A stretch of DNA of 64,000 nt, taken from the NCBI GenBank assembly GCA_964106915.2, contig OZ066923.1. One strand, written 5' to 3'. Under the pieces are notes generated by a model. That model was not told the origin of the DNA. It saw nothing but the letters and a program-made list of their open reading frames with translations, and searched no databases. The position numbers were made by a program, and so were the translations under genes. Source of the stretch: Podarcis gaigeae. Lineage: Eukaryota. This document shows, one piece after another, positions 27,701-40,514 of this stretch. Each line of letters opens with the position of its first letter. Positions within the stretch are counted from its first letter, which is position 1.

Positions 27701-28415
27701 GGGGGGCAAGTCTTCCCCTTTTTTCCAGAGCTAATTTTTAGAAGTCCATGAGAAAAATGACAAAGAGGAAGAAGAAACGGAAAATGAAAGCAGTAGTTCA
27801 GAAAATGAGATAGAATAAACTGCATGTACATGTTGTGTCTTCTGTGGGTTTGTTTTTTAAGCACTACTCAAAAGGTATACCTTGTATGGAGCTTAAATAT
27901 TGAGGTGGACCTTAACTTTATTTGCTGTTGGTGCTAAGGGGCAAATCTGATTATTTTTTATGTTGATGGTTTCTTGCTTTTTTGTTGCTTTTGAGGGAAA
28001 GGGGGGTGGTTAACTGTTTTATTGCAAGAATAATACTTTTATATACACTGTGTTCACACTATTTGTACAACTACGCCACACTGAACTTTTTTTCAATTTT
28101 TCCAAAATTTATATTTTTCCAGGGAAAAACAGAGGAAAAAATGTTTTTTTCTCATGGCTTCAAAATTTCTGGAAATTTTACATCTCTAAGAGGGCCTCAG
28201 GAACAGTGGCAGTTTCATCCATGATGTACTGCTGTCTGAGGCCGCCATCGCTCTCTGCCCCTCAGACCGCAGAGGGAAGAACAAGCTGTATCACCGGCTG
28301 ACTGGAGGCTGCCATGAAAGACAGAAGAGCAATAAATTATCCTGACGCAGAATTTGCTTCATGGAACAGATAGCAGAAAAGCAGCATTTTGTATGAACTT
28401 TGCTTAAAGATACCT

Positions 28416-28453
28416 GTTGCCATAGCAATTAGGGGCAGGCTGTTCTGACCAAT
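28416..28453. promoter_or_regulatory. RFX X-box plus CCAAT candidate element
   Basis: GTTGCCATAGCAAT (13/14 match to GTTGCCATAGCAAC) and CCAAT 19 bp downstream, in apparently non-repetitive DNA. Confidence 0.4.
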
Positions 28454-29139
28454 GAAAATAGTTTTAGGGGTCCACAAGCTGTCCATGTGTTCTGTTACCC
28501 AATCATATTGCTGAAAAGGATTGTGCACGAGGCGATAATGCATGTAATTGTTATCAAAGTGTCTTGAATTTTGTATTTGTGGTCCCAGCTTTTCAGAGAT
28601 ATCCACTGGGGCCTCCAGATTTATGCTGCAGCAATAAATATACAGTAAACGCTTTCTACACGCTGAATTTGTCTTCTTTTGGCTGAAGGATCAGCGTTTT
28701 TATTCCACCCACCCTTGTATGGTAACAATTGTACAACCAAAAACACTAGATTCAATAACTGGAGAGAAGTTATATGAAATATTTATATTATTATTTTCAG
28801 CCTGACTAGAGCTCTCCAAACTGCCTCATAGACTGTAATAAAAACAATATAAAAATAACCAATTAAAACTGTGCCATAAATAATTAAACCATGGTCAATA
28901 CAATAGTGAAAGCAGGTCTTTAAAAAGCATTAAAAAGGGGGGGGGAGAGAATAATACTTCTAGATATTGGCAGGGGACTAAAAACAGGCTTTCCAAGAGA
29001 AAACATTCTATACTCAGTACCAGCACCAATAAGGCCCTGTCTCACATACCTGCCAGATGGTGTAAGCAAATGGAACTGAACCTCTCAGAAGATCTTAGTG
29101 GGTACATACAATCATGTGGGAGCAGGTGGGTCTCTAGAA

Positions 29140-29420
29140 TGACTGCCTCTCCCCATATGAACTGACTTGGACCTCATTTGAGGCGCTTCTTTGACTGCCC
29201 CCCTCCAAGAGAGGTCCAGAGGGTGGCAAAACCAGAACGGGCAGTTTCTGTGCTGGCTTCCCACTTGTGGAAGGCTCTCCCCCGGAAGGCTCGCCTGGCA
29301 CCCTTCTTACATATCTGTAGGTGCCTGGCAAAAGCGCTTCTCTTCTCCCAGGCCTTTGACTAATTAAACAATCTATGGCCTTTTTAAATAGTTTTTCTTT
29401 GTTATTGTGTTATGTATTTT
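29140..29420 (+). mobile_element. L2 LINE 3' fragment
   Basis: RAVSVLASHLWKALP..LAKALLFSQAF. Confidence 0.7.
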
Positions 29421-32400
29421 CAGGGCCGTCTTAAGCATATCCAACACCGTGGTGCAAAGATCCCTCCAAGCTCCCCCCCACCCGTTTCCCAGAGTTGTTG
29501 AGTTGTCAACCTTTTTTTAGGGGTGGAACCCCTAAATTATTGACCTTTTTAAGGAAAGGTTCCCCAGAGTTGTTGACCTTTTGTTCAATGTGGAAAATGA
29601 ATCAACCCACAAAAAAGTCACTAAAAGTCAATGTATATCAAACATTTTCTCAATCGGAGCCACGGTTAGTTTGCTTTCATCTCATTAACACATACTGTAT
29701 GCTTCAAATACCAGTTAAGAGATTTTTGTGTACTATTGGTCAGATAATGCTGTTAACAGCAATAGAATTCACAACAACAAAAATGCCTGCCCCTAGCACA
29801 TTTCACAGCTTCAGCTGCTACAAACTGTCACTGAAAATAATGCCTTGGTCAGTCTGAACCATGTCAAGTAAACTATGGAAGTAGCATATCCACAACACAA
29901 ACTTTATTTTCAAGTCTAATTCCATAGTGGGTACAATCTGAGGGAGCCACTATTCCCAGCCTGTGAAAAGTAGTGGAACTTGGCTATCAGACATTTTGAA
30001 AATGTGATAGTTACAGTACACTCTTGCAGCCCAGCGCCAGGTTCTAGGCATTGCAGTGGGTTGGACTAGATGACCCTTGGGTCCCTTCCAACTTTACAAT
30101 TCTAAGATTTAATAAAAGGTCCTTACAACATAATGCAGTTTAGTCCCATATGATTAAGCAATTATAAATAAATGTGATCCGCCCTGTGATTCAAAGTGAT
30201 ACAAAGAGTAGTGTATAATTCTTTTTAAAGAAAGATACCTGGACACAACCCCTGATTTGTGAGCTGTCTGTATGCTCTCATAACCCCTTCCTCTGTTTAC
30301 TCATTTTTATCATCATCAACATCATATTTATTTCTATACTGGCTTTTGGCCCAGGCCTCCAAATCTTTCTTTTCGTACACTGCCCTTCTCAAGGCAGCTT
30401 GCAGCATAAAAATACAAAACACAAACACAAGATGCATAATTAAAAACAAGAACAGAAACAAAATGAAGCCATAACCTCCTCCTACCAAAGCAGTGAATGG
30501 ATTAAGTATACAATATAATAAAAACAAAAAGATAAAATAGAAACAAATTATGCACACCATGAATCAATCACACATTACACACAAACAGCTGTACTCCAGG
30601 GCAGGACTAGCTGGCTTAACGTTCTGGTTCCTCAACTGGCAGCAGTTCTGTAGATGCAGAAAAAAAGGTCTAGAGGGGCTAAAGTTGGTGTCCTGATTTT
30701 CCAGGGACAGTCCCAGAATTATGAAAGCCATCCCGGCTTCTGATTTGACCCCAGAATGTCCCTACTTCCCCCACCAGGGCTGCCACCGCCACTGAGAGCA
30801 GCATGAGAGGAGCATGAGCCGGCACTTGTCCGAGCGACTACAACGGCTGCTGCGGCTGCGAGGGAGCATCCCGTTGACTCTCCTTGGGCAGCTCAGAGCG
30901 GCTGCTGGAGAGGAGGAGGAGTGGCTCTTGCCCCCGAGGCCGAGCTCTGCATGATGCCCCGGCTGTGAGGGGCAGGCAGAGGGCAGGAGAGCCCCAGGGG
31001 GAAGAAAGGGGAAGCAGAGCAAGCGCAAGGAGTTTTGATTTCTTAAAATAATAATAATAAAACTTTGTACATCTGCCCCTTTCTAAAACTTATTTGTTGG
31101 TGTGTGTGCTTTTCTTTTTGTAAATCTACCAAAGAATAAACCCAGATGGGAATGGAGGTGTTGTCTCAGGACGGTGGAGGCCTGTGTGCTGCATCCGGTT
31201 GGTGCAGTGGTGGTGCCCCTCACCCTCCTTCTGATAGGAAGGGGGAGGGATGGGGGGGTCAGTTGTGGGGAGTGAGAAATGTCCCTATTTTCATCTGAGG
31301 AATTGTGGAGGTTATGGTATTCACCTCCCAGCCAGCAATAATCCTGTTTCTGCTACCTGCCACCTCTCTCTACATTTGGCCAGGTTGGTGGGTGAGGCCT
31401 GCAGACAGGGAGCCAGGTGTGCTAGGAAGGAGTTCAGCAGAGAGGAGCAAACTGCCTCACAAAATACATGGCAGAGGGAGAGTACTTTACATGCCTGCCC
31501 TCCTTTTGCATTTCTAAGCCCTCTAGACTGCTTTGCCAAGGCTAAAAACCTCCTTAAGCAGGGGTGCCAACTTGAATAATATATTGTGGGGGCCCAGATA
31601 AGCCCCACCCTGCATAATCGATCACATGATGCAGTGCACACATACCATTTGAATGGGAGTGCCCATCAACTTTGCCCGGCCCCCTCAAATGCTTTATTGT
31701 GGGGGCCAAAGCCCCCAAGGCCCATGGAGTCGACTCCTATGTCCTTAAGGCAACGATATAATTTATCGACATTCTGTAGAGAGGAGCAAATTCTGCCAGC
31801 ATATTTAATGATTTATCCACAGTTAAAGGCACTCAATGAGTCAGAAGTGGCCTGCTGCTTTGATTCCCTTGGCTCTCCACAAGACTATCCTTCCTGCCTT
31901 CATAACGAAGAGGAAAACAACACACATGCCTTGTAATATCCACTTGTTAGCACTTTAACCCCAAAGGGTTCCCGGGGGAGATGACAGCATCTTCATAGTT
32001 GAACAGGAACTGTGTTGGCTTCCCATTTTCAAGCGTGTATTTTAGGATCACATTCACTGGGTCTGCATTTCATACCTTGACCTTTCAGAGTTCTTGGCTT
32101 ATTCTTCCTGTGACACAGTTGTAGAGTATGAAGAGGCCCAAACTGGGGTGGGCTTAGGCCCATGTTCCTCACTCTGACCTAATATCAGCGTTCTAAAGTC
32201 TCATACTGAATCATTGCTTTTAGCTCTAGAAGGGGATTGTGTTTACATACCTACAGATGACATTAAAATAGACCATGATTCACCCATTGATATCAATGGC
32301 AGAGATTTAACCACTTCACAGATTAATGGGATATAAAGCAAGTATAGGCGGCAGGTATTACTGAATTCATTAGGGCAGACTCTCAAAGTATTTACTGCAC

Positions 32401-32448
32401 AGCATTAGCACTTATGCTACAATTCTATGCAGTGACACTGACTTCCAG

Positions 32449-33221
32449 AGTTGCGTGTCGAGGTCCCCAGGTCCACCCCAATAACTCACACATCACACAG
32501 AATTTTTGTTTAAGGTTTTTGGCATAATTTTGGCCACAACTTTATTAAAATACAAATTTGTGAGTGGTTGCTTAGGCATTGGTTGCGACTATCTGCCCCC
32601 ACCATGGGGGACAGACTGACATTCCGCACGATGCAAAAGTCAGAATGGGGGAATACACTTGGGGGTTACGCGGAGCAGGGAACCTGCCCTCACCCCAAAT
32701 GCAACCAGGAGCTCATTGCTATGGCCCGAGCCCCCTTGACAGAGTGGACAAGCAATAGTTAGCCCCCAGTTCCTTTAACGGAATCCCTTGCAGCAGCAGC
32801 AGCATTAGAGGGGCAGGCACAGCCAATCCATGCCCCTCAACCAACCAATGCCTAACCGCAACCTTACAAGTTGTGACGATTTGCTACGCAGTAGGCAAAA
32901 ACCAAATGGCCCCAGCCAATCAGCCAGATGGACAAAATTCCTACCAGGCCCCCGCTCCAAAGCAGACGACCCCATGACAAGCATAGCAAGGTCAAAGCGA
33001 ACAACCCTATTCTAGGGAGGGAGGGACGGGCAATCCGCTGCAGGGGCGAAAAGAGGAAGCCCTGGCCTCGTGCAAGGAGTTTTAGCATTTCTGGCTGTCA
33101 ATCAATAAATGGCAACATTAATTTCTTCCCAACAACAAGGGAAGCCCCAATCGCATCAGTGGCCAACGATCAGTTAGCCCGCCCCCAACTTTGGAGTGTC
33201 CTGGTGGCCCCCACCGCAACA
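32449..33221 (-). mobile_element. Solo LTR (Gypsy/ERV-like)
   Basis: Inverted termini TGTTGCG..CGCAAC; AATAAAGTTGTGGCC ~95 nt before the 3' end; CCAAT/GC boxes; TSD not cleanly preserved. Confidence 0.7.
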
Positions 33222-33386
33222 CGTGCTCTCCATGAAGGAGAACACGCTTTAACATGCAAAGGACTGCCTCATTGAAATGCTTGATTTGGTCTGTGCCCAT
33301 AAAACTTGAGTGTTTTGTGTGGGTCATTGCTGTGTGCATGAATGCTGCATAAGGCGCACTGAATGTTAGAGAAGGATGGGTGTTGC

Positions 33387-33840
33387 CTTTCCTCATCTCC
33401 TCTCGCTGGTTGGCGATGGAGGTGCCAGGCTGCCACTGCTTTTTGGCTGGCTTCAGCGCTGCTGCCGCTGCGTGGGGCGCAAGATGAAACCTGTTGCTCT
33501 CTATGCAGATCTCAATGGCAAGCAGTTTCCTGTTACTCGGGGTCAGGGTGTTGGCCACTCTCAGGTCTCTTGGAGCATGGAGCATAAGTTGAGTTGCTCT
33601 GGCATGAGGTGAAGTTCTTCGATGAGGAATCCTATAGCATCTTGTGCAAGACTCAGCAGAACAACAAAGATGCCTCTGAGGTCAAACCATCTTTTTAGTC
33701 AATGTGGATCATTGAGGTGCCTGGAGCGAACCATGGGGCTCCACTGAGGTGCTGGCAGCATTCATTGGTCTCCTTGTGTATTACATGGCCTTCAGTGCCA
33801 AGAGCGACTTCCAAGCATAATCTGCTTCAATAAACCTGGA
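33387..33840 (+). pseudogene. SSR4: SSR4 (TRAP delta) processed pseudogene with internal deletion, frameshifts and a premature stop
   Basis: Intronless: signal-peptide-like ..[18 protein letters not shown] (ATG 33416), [93 protein letters not shown] (TAA 33818-33820), AATAAA 33829-33834. Matches human SSR4 [52 protein letters not shown]. Confidence 0.93.
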
Positions 33841-36562
33841 AGACCCTGTTTGCCAGCAATTTATGAAAGGAGTCCAGTTGTTGAATTTTTTCGTGAAGAT
33901 TATGAATTCATATGGTAATCCCACACCTACCTCCTCTAATCTAGGAATTATTCCACTTTTGCTCCTAATGCAGCATTGCTGTATTAATGCTCACTTTCTC
34001 AGAAGGCTGTCATTTATGAATTACTGGACTCAGAAAGCTGAAGCAGAAACTACACTGAATGCAAAGCCAAGGGCACATGTGCACCTAACTCCCCACTATC
34101 CCACAGCAACATGTAGCAGAAGGGGAGGGTGAATCTGTCAATCTTGGTTTCTCTCATTTCTCGTTTTTATCAGTCTCCAATTCTCCACATTTTCACATCT
34201 GTTCATCATTTAAAAAAAAAAAAATCCCCAATAAATTCATCAGCTTCTTAGTCAAATAATGTAATGTAAACATTTTGCTTTAAATTTTGCATAATACAAT
34301 GCATTTTGTTTGCATATTTTTATGGAGACCTGCGTTTTGGTCTGCATATTGTTTTGGAAAGTTGGCCTCTAAATACAAACTGAATTGAATTTCTCCCTGA
34401 TCCCTAAGCAGAACTTATTTACATTCAACATTACAACATGCTACATCTCCTCCTCCCACTCCACATAATTGGCTGCTACTGCTGGGGTGGGAGGGTGTGG
34501 AAGAGACACATGGAACATTGTGTTCCTCTTCCCCACAAGGATGTCACAGACTACTATCTGGAGAAGGGTACATTATTCTATGGAATGTTATTGGGTGAAG
34601 GAGGAGCTAAATACATAGCACTAGCTACATGTTTGGTATAATGTCTATTTTGACCAGAAACTGAACTACCGTATATCTTGCCTCTGCTTCCCTCTGATCT
34701 GGTTCTACAGTTTATTCCATGCATTATCTTGAAAACGATATGCCAAAGCAACTGCGGGATCAATGCCAAGGCTGCCTTAGCTGGGGACTTTGCAGCAGCT
34801 GTGGTGAGCATGACACTTTCTCACCACATCACCGGCCCAACCCAGAGGCAGGACATGCCTGCAACCTGGCCTTTACATACATACAGGCATCATTTTATTT
34901 GTATCTTGCCTTTCCATGCTCAAGGCAGCTTACAACGTGATAAAAATTACATAATTAATCACATAACTACGGTAGTCAAAAACAAAAAGCAAAACATCAA
35001 AAAGCACAGAACCATATTGAACAATTTAGAAGATCTAAAATAAACAACCAGTTTGCTCATAAAATATCAAACATCCCTTTGCAAAACTGCACTTCATTTG
35101 ATGAAACTCCATTTTGACTGCCTGCACAGGGAGTTTAAACAAGCACCCTTGTGATAATCAGTTACTTCATAAACCACACTTTTATTTTTAGCCTAAAAGG
35201 ACCTGAAACACAGAAGTAATAGTACCTTTGTTCAGAGAGTAGAGAGAAGAAAAACAAACTCAAAGGCTGAAATAATGTTTGTTCAAGGTAAACTGCACTG
35301 GCAGTAACATCTCTTTAGAATGACGTATCTTCTAAGGGAGGTGGAGATGGGAGAGAGAAGAAGGAATGAAAAAACCTGCAGCATTCCAGCAAAGAAGGCA
35401 AATTCGTAATTCAGTAAAACAGCAAGATCAGCAATGCATAGCAGTAGCCTTCATTGCTGAAGATTTCATATTTTGCCTCTAGCCTCCAGACCCTTCCCAC
35501 CCTTTTTGGCCACAGTGTCTGAAGGCTCAGTGCCTGTAAAGGCAGAATGAGAAAGATTGGCTTCACTCAGAAGATCCCAAGATCAGTTTCAAAAGAATTT
35601 AGATTTAGATTCAAGTTACTTCCCCACTCCTGTTACCCCACGTTTTCACATAGCCCCGGAGCATATTGTGATAAGCAGAAAACCTAAAGCCTTTCATTCA
35701 TTCTAAGTTGTTTAACTATATAAAGTGCAATCACATCTTATGTGGGGGTTCGGCTGCAAGGTTTCCATGCATAAATGAAAATTGTGCATACCCCAAGCCT
35801 AGGAGCTGCCCCATGGCTAGGGTGGGGAGAGAAAGAACCTCCATATTCCTGGAGCCCACATGCCAAGTGGGCCTTGCCCAGGAGGTAAGGTGGAGAGCTT
35901 AAGCACTCGTTTTCCACCAAGTAACCCAAGCAGGCCTTGCTGGGGAGACACAGCTTGCTTAGCATGCTGGCTCTGGGATGCTCTCACAAGAACTCAGGTG
36001 GCCCTATGAGATCTCACAAGAGCATCCCGCCGGGACCAGGGCACTAAACAGGCCATACCTCCCAAGCGAGCTTGCATTTTTTGACCCAACCTATCCACCT
36101 TGCTTGGATTTAACTTGCATAATTTCAGTGTAGGGGTGAATTTGCGCAAGTTAAATGCATGTAAGATGTGATTGTGCTGCATAGGCTTTCCAGGTGGTGC
36201 AATGGCTGTTGAAGGCCCTGCTTCATGTCCCATTGCCCTCAGAGGGCTGGTTGGCCAGGACATAGGGCAGGCTCTTTTTATTCACAGTGCTCAGCTTGTG
36301 GATCTCCACCTTAGGAGGGCAGCTGGTTCCCTCTTTATTTGGTACTCAGCCAAAACATTTTTTGCTCTGTTGCAGTGTTAATTTGGGGTAGATTTTCTCC
36401 CATTCTGTGATTTCTAATAACCAGCTTCCAATTTTTAAGTTCAATGCTGTTGTTACTGTTTTAATTTAGTTTTGATATACCTTGTGAGCCGATGAGAATT
36501 TTAAAAGGGTGAAAAGGTGTGATATACATATGAATACACCCACACATCCCAATATTGGATTT

Positions 36563-36609
<47 letters not shown>

Positions 36610-36620
36610 GATAGATAGAT
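36563..36620. repeat. (GATA)n microsatellite
   Basis: Direct reading. Confidence 0.97.
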
Positions 36621-38589
36621 ATGTGGACACACACCTTGCCTTTTCCTGAAGCTTGCTGTTAACAAAGCACACAGAGGGTAAAATATCTCCTCTGCCCTAT
36701 ACCTCCTCTCATCTTAAATTGGGCAAGATACAAAGGGCATTTGTTTCCCTAACCTTGGTGTTGTAGGGATAATAAAGCATCCTGCAAACAGTCTGTAATG
36801 TTGCAGAGGATTCCAGATGCAAGTGGAACAGTGGAACCATCTTGTGGACTCTTTCCTTGGAGGTTTTTAAGCCATATTTCCCCTGCCCACTCCAATATTA
36901 TAATGAGGGTCTCTTCTCCAGTCCTCAGAGAGTGGCTGAAAGTGGGGAGGGAGAAAAAGGTCCACCTTTCATTCCAGCAATGGCAGTACTGCTCCCAGAG
37001 CTCAGAAACTGCTCGCATTAATGAAATTCCCTGTCGCAAAATGCGCCTAGAACAATGGGAGTTTCGAATGCTGGGCCTAATGAATCTGCTGTAACTGTTC
37101 ACAAGGATGATTTGACAAGACTAGTAAGTTGTCCTGTTAACAGGGCCTGCTGTGTGCTAACCGATTCGGAGAATCAGCTGAAAGTATTCCAGCTGAGGGG
37201 TCAGCTGACTCTCTCCAGCCTGGGATTGCACCCTAGGGACTACCCTTTCTGCTGAGACCTAGCCTGTCTGGCCTTCTGAGGAATTGCAGCCCCTAGCTAG
37301 GAATGCCCCTCTGCACCTAGTATGAACCAAAGTAAATGCACTCTCCATATGGAGGTGTTTTAGACAGGGTGTGGTGACACCGTGACACCTACACATAAAG
37401 CAAAGGTTGCTCCACCCACTTAGCACAATGGATCTATGAATTAGTGTCAAAATAAATAAAAATGCAAAAACAAATTATGGTCAATAAATTAATAACCTCA
37501 TTTGCAATAGTGACAGCAGCCTTTGAACCTTGAGATCTTCATTCCTTCTCCATTCAAAACAGGAAACCTGTTAACCTGGTAATACACAATTTGGACAAAA
37601 TTGTCATCACACAAGTGACTGCAGTGTAAAGAAATCCTTCTGAAGGGAAGGCAAACCTACAGCACTTTAATAAAAGGCAGTTCAGTAACTCAAAGCAAAC
37701 TGGAACAGGTTTCATCATCTCATCAAATTAAAGATAGATCTTAAAAGGAGAGCCCTCTCTCAGCCTCCAAATGTCCCCATGGGCTGAGGGGATGGTGCTT
37801 GTGTTATTTATGTGCTCTACTACTTTTAAATTAAACATGCCTTATTTTACATATACTGTAGCGGAAAATTACTGCAAGATGTACTCCGCTTTTAACACAA
37901 TATTATGCAACCAATCATTTCCGCATTAATCAAGAGACCAAACTTCAAAGGAACATTATGAAAACGAGACAAGCCCCTAAATGCCACCAAATGTATCAAA
38001 ACAAGTTTGCAGAAATTCATCTCATTCCAGCCTGAAGATAAAAACAGAAGGCGGCAATATTTTCATTCCTGCTCAGCACTCATTTCCCCTCCACCGATTC
38101 ATCTTTGTTTTTCATGGCCTAGTTTTGCTTGTGTTTTGGAAACAGCAGGTTGCCTGGTGTTGATATCTTTTGCTGTTCCTAAAAGCCTTCTTCAGCACTT
38201 AATATAAGGCCTTCTAAACAGCACAGTGGCTTCAGAAATAAAAGCTTCTTCAGTTTTCTTTCCTTCTCTGCCTGCTGCTGGGAGCTCTGCTTAAACAGGC
38301 TGAAGCCAGCTGGTTCTCATTAGCGCTTTCTCCTTGGACTCTTTAAAGCTCCCCCTTTTCCCCCTCCAGGCTGCTGTTCAGCAGGTGACGCTGATTCCTG
38401 CCCCATGACACTATCCCCCTTCCCAAGGTGCGCCTCCACCTGCCAGATGGCTGCCGCCTTTCAGGGAGCACGAGAGTGGAAGTGGTGGACCAACCGGACA
38501 TTGGGGGAGCAGGGACATGCAAGGCATCTTCCCATGAGGATTTTCCATTAAGTCCATGTCCATAAAAAAGGCTGTAGCCCCTCAATTTC

Positions 38590-38965
38590 TATCATCTTCT
38601 TCTTTGGCGATCACATGTAGCCGAGTAAGATTGTCTTCCATGAACACAGTCTTAACAGTGAGTTCATAATGGACTGTGGAAGCCAATTCTGGGCCCACAC
38701 ATCCTTCCACCGTGGGGACACAGGTTTCCTGGCAGGAATCAATCATGGTGAGGGTTTGCCGAACGTGCCTTCCTCTTAGCTCGTTTCTCTCTTTCTTCCT
38801 GATTTCGAGCATCTTCAAAGTCCATGACACCTTTGGTAAAGGCTGTTCTCCAACTGGAGTGCTCGCAGGCCAGCCTTTCCCAATTGTTTATACTACACTT
38901 CTTTTAGATTTGCCTTGAGAGAGTCTTTAAACCTATTTCGTTGACCACCAGCATTACATTTTTAA
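38590..38965 (-). mobile_element. RTE-clade LINE 3' fragment
   Basis: GGQRNRFKDSLKANL..WERLACEHSSWRTAFTKGVMDFEDAR..KRAKRKAR..CPH..CGPRIG; (GAA)n tail. Confidence 0.82.
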
Positions 38966-39705
38966 GATGCTTGGGAAGATGATAATCAGGTGTCGCCCAG
39001 GTCTGTAAAGCAGCTTTCCAGGTAATTGGAGTGGGTGGTGTGAGGCATCTGGACTTAGCAGTACAAGCCAAGCCCTGACCCTTAGCCCCATCTCAAAACC
39101 AAACCCTATCCAACTCTCTCCCTCAGAAACCGCTCTTTTTATACTCTCTCCCAATGTGCTGCTCCTCCCCCTTCTGTGTCTAGCAGACTCTGTAGCCAAT
39201 CAGAGAGAGGCTCCAGCCCTCTGGTGGAGTTTCAGGGGGACTGCATCACCTGACTGGTCTGGCTCTGCTGTCCGTACTATTCACACCTAAAAGTAATGAA
39301 TACCTAAATGTGAAAAATGGTTTCTACTTATTTTCCTTACTATATTCATTTGATAAGTGAGAAGAGCTTGTCCACACTTACATCTTATCATTGAACAGGT
39401 CGGACACAACTGAAAATCAGCCACAGAAGTAATTGTCACCCGACCCCAAACAATTTTTACTTGATTAATAAGATGTCAATAACTCTTGGGAGAGCTGGGT
39501 GCTTCTGCTCTGTAGCCCAACAACATAGAGTTGGTTAATTGCTTAATTGGTGAGCTATGAAATGAGGGGAAGGGTCAGATGCCTTGTCAATCCCAGAAGG
39601 CCTTGTCAACCAATCAGAGGCAGCTTTGTCAATCCCACCAGCAGGTATAAAAGTGGACGACCAGGCCTGCCCAGGCCATAGGCCCACTTTGCACAGCCCC
39701 CCTCT

Positions 39706-40304
39706 CATAGCTGTCAAGTGTCCCTTATTTGAAGGGACAGTCCCTTATTCCAGCGCCATGTCCCGCTGCTGTCCCTTATTGATAGATGTCCCTTAAATGA
39801 TGTCCTTTAAATTTCAAAGAAAGCAGCTCCTCTCCCTCCCTCCCTGCCGGCCAGGGAGGAGGGAGGCTCCAACTGTGTTGCTTGGCTGTGTTGCTTACCC
39901 AATAAGAAGTCTAAGAACGACTGGGGGGTGGGTGGAGCTTGCATGCCTTGTGTGTGGCTAGTTAATGCAAGCTGAGGGGGGTTTTGAATGTTGGATGCCA
40001 TTTTGTTGCACGTGCTGCTGCAAACTTTGCAGTGCAAAGCCAGGCCGGGGAGCCATCTTAAGTTGAGGCTGCATAGGCCTTGTGGTGCATGTGATTCAGA
40101 TTCTATTCAGTTGAACCTCTGGTTACAAAGTTGGTTGGACAGTGTTCTCGAAGCTACCAGCATGAGTTTGACCAGACTGGAGGAGGACAGGAAGACTGGA
40201 GTGCCTGGAACATGTGAGGCTGCAGGTCCCTTATTTTGGCTGCTGGTCCCTTATTTTCAAGGCTGCTGGTCCCTTATTTTCAAATCTGTAAGTTGACAGC
40301 TATG
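39706..40304. mobile_element. Non-autonomous hAT-type transposon, copy 2 (inverted relative to 9478-10024)
   Basis: TIR CATAGCTGTCAA; TSD CCCCCTCT/CCCCCACT; internal sequence nearly identical to copy 1. Confidence 0.9.
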
Positions 40305-40514
40305 CCCCCACTACAGTGGTGGAGTTACAAAGCAGTGTGTGTCACCATTGCTTGTGTTATCTGTGTAGGCAGAAAGGGCTTTTAGGTGCATGAATGGGAC
40401 ATGACTGAACTAAAAAGGGCTTATTTGCTAAGAAATATAATGCAAATAAATTAGCTTTTTGCCTGAGGCCCTGCTGCTTCTCTTCCTCCTCCTCCCACAG
40501 AAGCAAAAGGATTA

